Below, piece after piece: positions 38,242 through 46,160 of a stretch of DNA of 64,000 nt; positions within the stretch are counted from its first letter, which is position 1, and every line of letters begins with the position of its first letter. The position numbers were made by a program, and so were the translations under genes. The DNA is taken from positions 17,879 through 81,878 of the forward strand of contig JAXGMU010000004.1 of assembly GCA_040768485.1 (NCBI GenBank), read 5' to 3'. Origin of the DNA: Bacteroidales bacterium (GTDB taxonomy: Bacteria; Bacteroidota; Bacteroidia; Bacteroidales; GCA-2748055). A model generated the notes under the pieces. That model made no database searches, was not told the origin of the DNA, and worked only from the letters and a program-made list of their open reading frames with translations.

Positions 38242-39594
38242 TCATTTCAGATGGTCCGGGATCGCCTCCTGCTGCCTGACCAGTTCCATGTGTTCTTTTT
38301 TCCTGATCACATGGACCTTCCCGTCCAGGTCGATGAGCACCACATTGGGCCGGAGGGTGATGAACTGCATCCACTGGGTCATGTTGTAGGCACCGATGCG
38401 TTTGATCACGAAATGATCCCCTTTCTTGAGCAGGGGGAAGGCGATGGCATCCCGGACCACATCGATGTTCATGCAGAGGGGGCCGAAAATGGTGGTCTCT
38501 TCCAGGTGCTCAGATACCGGTGCAGCCGGATACACCTCATGATCGTACCAGAAGGAGGTGAACAACAGGTTCACTCCCACATCCACGATGGTAGCCCGGT
38601 TCCCCGAGGAAAGCCGCTTGTTGGCGATGACGGTTCCGAGCAGGTAACCCGCGTCATCGATCAGCGCCCTTCCGCTTTCAAGGATCAGCGTGGGCAGGTT
38701 CCGCGGATTGAGTTGCGAGTTGAGGATGGCCGATGAGATGGCCTCTGCGTATTCCTCGAATGAAGGGGCCGTATCGGAGCCCGGGTAATAGGCACCCTTA
38801 AGGGTGTTCTGGGAGGCAAATCCTCCCCCGAGATCGATATACCTGATGCTGGTACCATACTTCTTCTCGATCCCGTATGCCAGATCGGCCAGCTTGCCGG
38901 CAGCCACCTTGTAGGCACTTGCCGCGAGCATGTAAGTGCCTATATGCGCATGCAATCCCACCAGTTCCAGTTTTTCGTTCATCATGATCCGGTTGATGGC
39001 GTCCCACGCGTCCCCGTTTTCGTAGTTGAACCCGAAGCGGTCCCACATGGGATAAATCCCCGTATCCATGTTCACCCGGATGGCCACCTTGGGACGTTTT
39101 TCAACGTTTTCGGATATGGCGATGATGGAATACAATTCATCGAAGTGGTCGATGTGGATCAGGGAGTCATTCACAATGGCTTTTCTCAGCTCCTCGTCTG
39201 TCTTGTCCGGCCCGTTGAAAATGATCTGGCTCCCTTTCACGCCGTTCAGGAGGGCTTTGTCATATTCAAAGCCCGAAACCACCTCCGCCCATGAACCTTC
39301 CTGGTGGAAGATGCGGCACACCGCATCCAGGTAATTGGTCTTGTAGGACCAGGCGAACTGCACCCTGGGATACCGGGTCGTAAAAGCATGCCTGGCTTTC
39401 CTGAACTTTTCCCGGATAGTTCTTTCGGATATAACGTACAGGGGCGACCCGTGTTCGTCCAGCAGTTCTGAAACAGAAACGTCATCAATATGGGTGAGGG
39501 GTTCGGTTGCCACCTTCATCCCGAACTTGCTGGGCATGCCCGCCTGCAGTCTTTTGATAAAAGGTCTCTCGAAAGGCTTTTTTTCCATGATCAT
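38242..39594 (-). CDS. Group IV PLP-dependent decarboxylase (Orn/DAP/Arg decarboxylase fold)
   Basis: GSPLYVISERTIREKFRKARHAF..FAWSYKTNY (PLP-Lys context), IDLGGGF, and the C-terminal beta-barrel segment GPLCMNIDV. The start is trimmed to MIMEKKPF (cat at 39592-39594), 5 nt after the ATP-grasp stop. Confidence 0.8.
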   Translation of the reverse strand: MIMEKKPFERPFIKRLQAGMPSKFGMKVATEPLTHIDDVSVSELLDEHGSPLYVISERTIREKFRKARHAFTTRYPRVQFAWSYKTNYLDAVCRIFHQEGSWAEVVSGFEYDKALLNGVKGSQIIFNGPDKTDEELRKAIVNDSLIHIDHFDELYSIIAISENVEKRPKVAIRVNMDTGIYPMWDRFGFNYENGDAWDAINRIMMNEKLELVGLHAHIGTYMLAASAYKVAAGKLADLAYGIEKKYGTSIRYIDLGGGFASQNTLKGAYYPGSDTAPSFEEYAEAISSAILNSQLNPRNLPTLILESGRALIDDAGYLLGTVIANKRLSSGNRATIVDVGVNLLFTSFWYDHEVYPAAPVSEHLEETTIFGPLCMNIDVVRDAIAFPLLKKGDHFVIKRIGAYNMTQWMQFITLRPNVVLIDLDGKVHVIRKKEHMELVRQQEAIPDHLK

Positions 39595-39599
39595 TTGTA

Positions 39600-40643
39600 T
39601 TACAGTTCGCCCTGTGTGGACAATTTTTCGTATTCTTTCAGATCGGTGATCAGGTCGTAGGAGTAACGGATGAACATCTTTCCCACCTCGTATGTACTGA
39701 ATGGTTTCACTTCCAAGCCCAGGGCCAGTTTGACCATGGCTTCGGGAAGGTTCTGTCCCGCGCCCACCGCCAGGTAGACCCAGGCGGGGATCCTCGGATT
39801 GATCTCGATGATGTACAGCTCGTTCCGGTGAGACTTGATCAGTTCCAGTTCCATCCCTCCCCGCCACTTTGTCTTTTCCATGATCTCCCTGGTCAGATCC
39901 AGCATCTTCCTGTCGTCCAGGGTGATCCCCGCCCAGGCCTTGCCTTTGTCGGTAATATACTGTTTCCGCATGGGAACGGCACCGATGGTATTTCCCCGGC
40001 CGTCACCCAGGGCCACCACATTCACCTCGGTCCCCTTGATGAACTCCTGGATGATCACCGGAACACCCCATTTGGCAGTGATCTTGTTAAAGTGCATCCG
40101 CACCTGCTCTTCGTTGTAGGCCAGGTAGGCATCATAGAATTTACCCTTCACCATCAGGGGGTATTCAAAGTCATCTTTCAGTTTCCTGATCTCGTCCGGT
40201 CCCGTGATCGATTTGCTGAAGGGGACATGCAGGTCATATTTTTTGCCGAATTCGGGAAGATGTTCCTTGTGCCGTTCCTCGAACTGTTCCAGGGTGGGGA
40301 TGAATGTCCTGATCCCCGCATCTTCCAGCACTTTTTCCGACCGCATGAAGGCATACAGCTCTGCATCAAAGTTGGGCACCACCACATCGATGGGATCCCT
40401 GCGGTGGATCTCCAGGATCCTGTTTATCAGGACACCCGATCCTTCCGACGGATAGGGTACCTGGTAGGTCTTGTCCACCACCCCGCGCATATAAATGGCC
40501 GGCTCCAGGTTTTCATAGGCAAGCCCGATGATCCGCGGGTCGAAGTATTCGGATTCCCGGATGCCACGGATGACCGGTACCCCGGGTCCCGGATTGTCCG
40601 TATTGTTCAATCCGGAGAGGGCGACGGTGATCTTAGTTTTCAT
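39600..40643 (-). CDS. ATP-grasp family ligase
   Basis: Pre-ATP-grasp N-terminal domain, YPLMVKGKFYDAY, VIIQEFIKGTEVNVVAL and ELYIIEINPRIPAWVYLA. The start is set at MKTKITVALSG (cat at 40641-40643); upstream alternatives are 40649 and 40664. Confidence 0.8.
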   Translation of the reverse strand: MKTKITVALSGLNNTDNPGPGVPVIRGIRESEYFDPRIIGLAYENLEPAIYMRGVVDKTYQVPYPSEGSGVLINRILEIHRRDPIDVVVPNFDAELYAFMRSEKVLEDAGIRTFIPTLEQFEERHKEHLPEFGKKYDLHVPFSKSITGPDEIRKLKDDFEYPLMVKGKFYDAYLAYNEEQVRMHFNKITAKWGVPVIIQEFIKGTEVNVVALGDGRGNTIGAVPMRKQYITDKGKAWAGITLDDRKMLDLTREIMEKTKWRGGMELELIKSHRNELYIIEINPRIPAWVYLAVGAGQNLPEAMVKLALGLEVKPFSTYEVGKMFIRYSYDLITDLKEYEKLSTQGEL

Positions 40644-40887
40644 CCCCATCGTCCAGAAGTTCAAACTGCCTGAGCATGCTCAGGAAGTCAAAGTAATACT
40701 TCTCAAAGCTGGCCTCGTCCACGTCATATTCCGCGGTCATGAACGCTTTGATCTCTTCCAGTGATTTGCCATTGGCCAGATGGTTCAGGATCTCCCGGCC
40801 TACCTGGTTCATTGAGTAGGAATCGCCGGTTGTGGGATTGAAGACAAATCCGGAATCACTGACGGCAATATTCTTTTTGATCCGCAT
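40633..40887 (-). CDS. PqqD-family (RRE-like) small protein with an acidic C-terminal tail
   Basis: 84 aa. SGFVFNPTTGDSYSMNQVGREILNHLANGKSLEEIKAFM matches the PqqD-family pattern as I remember it. The protein ends LLDDGDEN. Confidence 0.7.
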   Translation of the reverse strand: MRIKKNIAVSDSGFVFNPTTGDSYSMNQVGREILNHLANGKSLEEIKAFMTAEYDVDEASFEKYYFDFLSMLRQFELLDDGDEN

Positions 40888-41063
40888 GATAGATGGAATG
40901 GTTCGTATTGGTATGGTAAAAATCAGGAATCTTCATCTGTTGGCTGTTACACTATTCCGGGAAAATTTTATAATTTTCAACCTCCGGCATCAGATTTGAA
41001 TGCAACATAAATGCGTTCTTAATACGACCGGGGAGATGATTTTGTTTCCCCGCCTTCGGATTT

Positions 41064-41639
41064 ATGATTACCACTACGATCCATATCAAGAACATGGTCT
41101 CCCGGTGCTGTATTGTACTGATCAAAGAGAAACTGGAAAAGGCCGGGATACTTGTGGATGAAATCAGCCTGGGAAAAGCGACCATCCGATTTGACGAAAC
41201 ACGCGTCAGCCGCGATGACATCAGGCAGGTGCTCCTGGAACTGGGGACGGACCTCATCGAGGGCAGGGAACAGCAGCTTGTGGAGAAGATAAAGCTGGCG
41301 GTGATCGAGCTGATCCATTACATGAACAATGTGGATTCCATCGTACGAAAGTCGGATTACCTGGTGGAAAAACTGGGGCTCAGTTATTCCTACCTGTCCC
41401 GGATCTTCTCTTCCCATGAACACATCACCCTGGAACGGTATATCATCCTCAACAAGATCGAGCGGATCAAGGAACTGATCGACCAGGAAGAGTTCACCCT
41501 GAGCGAAATTGCCTTTATGATGGACTACAGCAGTGTCCAGTACCTTTCCAGCCAGTTCAGGAACATCACCGGGATGACGGTGAGCGAATACAGGGCCGGC
41601 GACCGTTCCTCCAAAAGGCCCATCGATCTGCTTACCTGA
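41064..41639 (+). CDS. AraC-family transcriptional regulator with an HMA-like N-terminal domain
   Basis: The N-terminus TTTIHIKNMVSRCCIVLIKEKLEKAGI has a ferredoxin-like HMA pattern with vicinal Cys. The C-terminal AraC HTH is LSEIAFMMDYSSVQYLSSQFRNITGMTVSEYR. Confidence 0.8.
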   Translation: MITTTIHIKNMVSRCCIVLIKEKLEKAGILVDEISLGKATIRFDETRVSRDDIRQVLLELGTDLIEGREQQLVEKIKLAVIELIHYMNNVDSIVRKSDYLVEKLGLSYSYLSRIFSSHEHITLERYIILNKIERIKELIDQEEFTLSEIAFMMDYSSVQYLSSQFRNITGMTVSEYRAGDRSSKRPIDLLT

Positions 41640-41783
41640 TTTTATAACATTTTTGCTGAATTTTATGAGCTTCCTCCGGAGGAATTTCCAAAACTTTGTA
41701 TTTACAAATATAGATATATGGATACATAAGCAGGCCAGGTGCGGATCGTATCCATCGATGTAAAACAAAAAAACGATCATATC

Positions 41784-42434
41784 ATGAAGACAATGATGGC
41801 AAAGACCGCAGGAGTGTTATTGATTTCAGCCGGACTCTTTCTTCCGTTCACGCAGTGCACGGAAGGGGCTGCCATGGATGAAGGAAACGGCATTGCCGGT
41901 GATCCTGTTCTGAAAGGTTTTATTTCACAGCCATTGACCGAAGCTGAAAAAGAAGGGATATTATTCCTCAGGGAGGAGGAAAAACTGGCCCGTGATGTAT
42001 ATCTTTATCTCTATGACAGGTTCCCGCTCAGGCCTTTTCTGAACATTTCAAAGAGCGAACAGGTCCATATGGATGCCATGAAGTATTTGATTGACACATA
42101 TGGTCTGGAAGATCCGGTGGGGGACAATCCGGAGGGTGTATTTAAAAATGAAACCCTTCAGCAACTGTACGATGAGCTCATCCAAATGGGCAGTGAAGGC
42201 AGGGAGGAGGCGCTGAAGGCCGGAGCATTTATCGAGGAGGTGGATATTATCGACCTTCAGACGGAGTTGAATGAAAATGTGGAAAATACAGATGTCAGAA
42301 GGGTCTATACAAACCTCTGCAATGCCTCGGAGAATCATTTAAGGGTATTTGTCCGTGTACTGGGCAGATACGGCGTGGAATATGAACCGGTAAAGCTTGA
42401 AAGGGAGGAATTTCTGCGAATCATGAGTGAATAA
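41784..42434 (+). CDS. DUF2202 (ferritin-like) lipoprotein
   Basis: Start trimmed to MKTMMAKTAGVLLISAGLFLPFTQC (lipobox-like). EAEKEGILFLREEEKLARDVYLYLYDRF and SEQVHMDAMKYLIDTYG match the DUF2202 pattern. Confidence 0.7.
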   Translation: MKTMMAKTAGVLLISAGLFLPFTQCTEGAAMDEGNGIAGDPVLKGFISQPLTEAEKEGILFLREEEKLARDVYLYLYDRFPLRPFLNISKSEQVHMDAMKYLIDTYGLEDPVGDNPEGVFKNETLQQLYDELIQMGSEGREEALKAGAFIEEVDIIDLQTELNENVENTDVRRVYTNLCNASENHLRVFVRVLGRYGVEYEPVKLEREEFLRIMSE

Positions 42435-42507
42435 GCACGGAAATAACTCCGGCCATCCGGTTTTTGACCGCATCACTCAAGGTGAATTACCGCAGGCCCA
42501 CGCCCCG

Positions 42508-43146
42508 TCAATCCAGCTGTTCCAGCCTAAATTCCTCCAGCTCATCCGAGTAATCCCGGACCGCTTTGGAGGCCCTTCTTCCCGTAAAAAAGCCGATCAC
42601 CAGAAGCACGACCAGGACCAGGGCAACGATCTTTGCGGCGGAATCCTTTCCTTTAAGTGCATGTACGAGCGCCATGTAGAGCAGGTAGATCCCGTACAGT
42701 CCCACAATGACCCAGACAATACTTCCCAGGGTCAGGCTGATCCCGTAGAAGAAGGAAAGGGCCGACTGGACCGGATAGAGCACCGCAAGGGATGCAGTCA
42801 CCCTCAGGTTGGCCTCAAAATCTGTGTTCCCGCCGCAGATGGCAGAGATCACCAGCATGATCACGGCACCCACGAATAGCCCCACAATGGAGGCAATGAT
42901 CGCCCATACCAGGGCCATGATGCCCACGGCACCTCCCATGATCCCGGTTCCGCCCATGGCCGACAATCCCAGTACGCTCCAGAGGAATGCGAACAATCCT
43001 GCGATGACCCCGTAGATGGCCACCTTGATCACAGGTTCAGCGAATCCTCCCTTCAGGGAGAGGGAAGAAAAATAGGATTTGGGATTCATGAGGGTATCCA
43101 CGGAATCCCTGATGATCTTGTTCAGATCGATTTTTTCGTTGCTCAT
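42508..43146 (-). CDS. Yip1-domain membrane protein
   Basis: Start trimmed to MSNEKIDLNKII (cat at 43144-43146). The N-terminal cytoplasmic segment NPKSYFSSL is followed by five hydrophobic helices. Confidence 0.6.
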   Translation of the reverse strand: MSNEKIDLNKIIRDSVDTLMNPKSYFSSLSLKGGFAEPVIKVAIYGVIAGLFAFLWSVLGLSAMGGTGIMGGAVGIMALVWAIIASIVGLFVGAVIMLVISAICGGNTDFEANLRVTASLAVLYPVQSALSFFYGISLTLGSIVWVIVGLYGIYLLYMALVHALKGKDSAAKIVALVLVVLLVIGFFTGRRASKAVRDYSDELEEFRLEQLD

Positions 43147-43243
43147 AATGGATTCGATAAGTGTTTTTTTTGGTCCTGAAAAGGTACGAATCCGTGAGCA
43201 AATGCGCAAGAAAATTCCTGCCGGATCACCAGGCCTTCTTTTT

Positions 43244-44614
43244 TCAGGACTCCCGGCAGGGGAGTGCCATCCTGATGGTGGTCCCTTTTCCTTTTTCGGA
43301 TCGCAGTGAGATTTGTCCCCCGTGATTGTGGATGATCTGGCGGCAGAGGCTGAGACCGATGCCGGAGCCGTCAGTCTTGGTGGAAAAGAAGGGAACAAAG
43401 ACCTGATCCACGATCTCTTCCGGGATCCCCGGTCCGTTATCGGTCACCTCAATGATGATCCGGTCCAAAACCCGCCTGACCTTGATGATGAGCGTTGGTT
43501 CAACTGCTCCCTCCAGTGCCTCCAGGGCGTTCTTGACCAGGTTGATCAGCACCTGTTTTACCTGGGCTTCATCAGCCCTGATGCTGCATTTCGGGGGACC
43601 GGGAACGATGGTCAGGGCGATGTTTCTGTCAGTCAGCTCCTGGTTGTATAACTGCCGGATCTCATCCAGCAAGCCGGAGATCCGGACCTCCTTCAGATCG
43701 GGTTCGGGAAGCCGGGAGAGCTCCCTGTAATTGCCGATGAACCTGGTCAGGGCCCGGTTCCTGTCGGATATGGTCTTCAGTGCCATGAACAGATCGTCGA
43801 TGGTCTTCTGACTGATCTCTCCCGCCGACCTGATCCGGCCTTCCTCCTGCAGGAGCATCATCCCGGTTTCTGTCAGGGAAGAAAGGGGAGTGAGACTGTT
43901 CATGATCTCGTGGGCCATGATGCGGCTGATGGTGCGCCATGATTCCATTTCCTGCTGTTCAATTTCCGGTTCTATGTCCTGGAATGTCACGATCCTTACC
44001 GGGGCTCCGCCCACCTTTACGGTATTGAGCAGCACCAGCAGCTTCCTGCCTTCCGGGGTGCCCGGAAGGGGGATCATTTCTCTTCCGGAGGTCCCCATCG
44101 ACCGGATGGCCTCAGCGAATACCGGCGCCCTGGTCTCGATTTCCCCCCAGCCGGGCTTGCCGGTATGATAAATTCCAAGTGTCTGCAGGGCAAGCGGATT
44201 GATCAGCTGGATCCGGAATTCCTCATCCAGTGTGATCACGGCTGTATGGATGTGTTCCAGGATGGTCCGGAGGTACTGGTACTGGGTTTCCTTCTCGATC
44301 TTTGCCGAGGCGATGGCCCGGATGATTTGCTGGGCCGATCCGGCCAGTCCCCCGAACCCCAGTCCGGATACCTGTTCTTCCAGCCTCCTGTTGAGGTCCC
44401 CGTGAAGCACCGCTTCGAGCATAGACTGAACGACCCTGTTGGTGCGGGTGAGCGTTCGGAACAGTTCGGCGATCAGAAGCAGCAGGAGCAGCGACACCAG
44501 TACAACGGAGAAGAATCTTCCCTGCTGGTGGATGATCATTACCAGGAGGAACATGGTTGCCAGGATCAGGATCATCCGGATGGAGATGCGGATGATAAAT
44601 CTATTGAATACCAT
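43244..44614 (-). CDS. Sensor histidine kinase (NtrB/NtrY-like)
   Basis: Two N-terminal TM helices, H-box MAHEIMNSLTPL, N-box LINLVKNALEA, and G-boxes DNGPGI and GSGIGLSLCRQI. Confidence 0.85.
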   Translation of the reverse strand: MVFNRFIIRISIRMILILATMFLLVMIIHQQGRFFSVVLVSLLLLLLIAELFRTLTRTNRVVQSMLEAVLHGDLNRRLEEQVSGLGFGGLAGSAQQIIRAIASAKIEKETQYQYLRTILEHIHTAVITLDEEFRIQLINPLALQTLGIYHTGKPGWGEIETRAPVFAEAIRSMGTSGREMIPLPGTPEGRKLLVLLNTVKVGGAPVRIVTFQDIEPEIEQQEMESWRTISRIMAHEIMNSLTPLSSLTETGMMLLQEEGRIRSAGEISQKTIDDLFMALKTISDRNRALTRFIGNYRELSRLPEPDLKEVRISGLLDEIRQLYNQELTDRNIALTIVPGPPKCSIRADEAQVKQVLINLVKNALEALEGAVEPTLIIKVRRVLDRIIIEVTDNGPGIPEEIVDQVFVPFFSTKTDGSGIGLSLCRQIIHNHGGQISLRSEKGKGTTIRMALPCRES

Positions 44615-45974
44615 ACTTGTTCATTCTCCTGTAAAGGGCGTTCCTGTCAATTCCCAGATCGGCGGCCGCCCTGGTCACGTTCCCGTGGTGTTTCAGCAGC
44701 GCCCTGCGGATCAGGTTCTTTTCATTTTCATCCAGTTTCAGGGTTTCCCGCGTGAATACTTCTGCACGGACCGATCCCGGAGGCTCGATCCTGAGATGGT
44801 TCCCGTCGCTCATGATGACCGCCCTGGCCATGGTGTTCTGAAGCTCCCGCACGTTTCCCGGCCAGGGATATTGTTGCAGCTGCTTCATATTTCTTTTGCT
44901 GATCTCCCCGGCGGGTTTCCCGTATTTTCTGGCGGCTTCCCTGAGAAAATGCACCGCCAGCACGGGGATATCATCTGTTCTTTCCCTCAGGGGAGGGATC
45001 AGCATTTCAATTGTATTCAGCCGGTACAGCAGATCCTGCCTGAATTGTCCTTTATCTACCATCCGGTGGACCGGCTGGTTTGTGGCAGAGATCAGGCGGA
45101 TATCGATGGGGATCCCGGTGCGGGATCCGATGTGCCGGACAAACCGCTGCTCCAGGACTGTGAGCAGTTTTTGCTGCAGTGTGACCGGCAGGTTGCCTAT
45201 TTCATCCAGGAACAGGGTTCCCCCCGAGGCCAGTTCGAATCTTCCGGGTTTGTCCTGAACAGCCCCCGTAAAAGCACCTTTCTGATGTCCGAACAGCTCC
45301 GATTCGAACAGCGTCTCGGGTATGGCACCCATATCCACCCCGATAAACGCCTGGTCCTTCCTGTAAGAGCATCGGTGTATGGCCCGGGCCACCATTTCCT
45401 TGCCGGTGCCGTTCTCACCCAGGATCAGCACATTCGCATCGGTGGGGGCTACCGTCCGGATGGTTTCCTTCAGCTTGCGGATTGCCGCAGATTCCCCCAG
45501 GATCAGGGCGAAGGGTTTGTCCCCGTCATCGCCCAGTGTCATGGCCACATTTCTGTATTTTTCCTTTTCCCTGCTGGTTTCCTTCAGTTTGATGGCCGAA
45601 AGAATGCTGGCATGGAGCTTGGCGTTTTGCCAGGGTTTCAGGATGAAATCAAATGCCCCCGCCCTGATTCCTTTGACTGCCAGTTCCACATCTCCGAAGG
45701 CGGTCATCAGGATCACCACCGCTTCGGGATCATTTTCCCGGATCGTTTCCAGCCAGGAAAGGCCTTCGGAGCCTTCCGTGCGTCCCCGCTGGAAATTCAT
45801 GTCCAGCAGGATCACGTCAAATCCGGTTTTATTCAGGGTTACGGGGATCTTCCGGGGGTCTGAGATCACGGTGACATCGAATGAAAGCTGTTCCAGGAAC
45901 ATGCGGGCTGTAAGCAGCACGTCGTGGTCATCGTCGATCACAAGGATCTTTCCCGGAGGTTTCATTGTTTGCAA
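44601..45974 (-). CDS. Sigma-54-dependent response regulator (NtrC family)
   Basis: REC domain ILVIDDDHDVLL...DMNF. AAA+ Walker A GENGTGKE, the GAFTGA sigma-54 contact loop (QKGAFTGA), and C-terminal Fis-type HTH AAADLGIDRNALYRRMNKYGI. It overlaps the kinase gene by 14 nt. Confidence 0.9.
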   Translation of the reverse strand: MQTMKPPGKILVIDDDHDVLLTARMFLEQLSFDVTVISDPRKIPVTLNKTGFDVILLDMNFQRGRTEGSEGLSWLETIRENDPEAVVILMTAFGDVELAVKGIRAGAFDFILKPWQNAKLHASILSAIKLKETSREKEKYRNVAMTLGDDGDKPFALILGESAAIRKLKETIRTVAPTDANVLILGENGTGKEMVARAIHRCSYRKDQAFIGVDMGAIPETLFESELFGHQKGAFTGAVQDKPGRFELASGGTLFLDEIGNLPVTLQQKLLTVLEQRFVRHIGSRTGIPIDIRLISATNQPVHRMVDKGQFRQDLLYRLNTIEMLIPPLRERTDDIPVLAVHFLREAARKYGKPAGEISKRNMKQLQQYPWPGNVRELQNTMARAVIMSDGNHLRIEPPGSVRAEVFTRETLKLDENEKNLIRRALLKHHGNVTRAAADLGIDRNALYRRMNKYGIQ

Positions 45975-46160
45975 TGGGCTTCACGAATGTATGCTTTTCA
46001 TCAATAGAATGCAAACTGCACTGATACCGAACATTCATGTGCGTCAAAACCGAGCGTTTTTAATCGGATTGAGAAGCAAGTAAAATTTATAAACAACAAT
46101 TTATGAATACTTTAGATTTCATGGCATGCGGCTTGAGCAAATATTTTGAAAAACCAGATC

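Noticed and set aside
39828-40673. 281-aa plus-strand ORF
   Set aside because: It is antisense to the ATP-grasp gene. The product is His/Pro/Gly-rich and shows no domain signature.
40858-40936. 26-aa minus-strand ORF (MKIPDFYHTNTNHSIYHADQKEYCRQ) upstream of and overlapping the PqqD-like start, considered as a possible RiPP precursor
   Set aside because: It overlaps the PqqD-like start codon out of frame and has no leader/core features. Nothing supports it beyond the presence of an ATG. It is kept only as something to test by ribosome profiling or peptidomics.
43166-43250. Stem of about 10 bp GTCCTGAAAA / TTTTCAGGAC with a loop of about 55 nt between the histidine kinase and Yip1 genes
   Set aside because: The right arm overlaps the kinase stop codon. 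The loop is very long, and the T-tract is on the wrong side for a minus-strand terminator. The evidence is not convincing for a terminator or an RNA element.
44439-45863. 474-aa plus-strand ORF
   Set aside because: It is antisense to the NtrC-type regulator and histidine kinase genes, which carry unambiguous Walker A, GAFTGA and H-box motifs. Its composition is low-complexity (R/P/G/H-rich).
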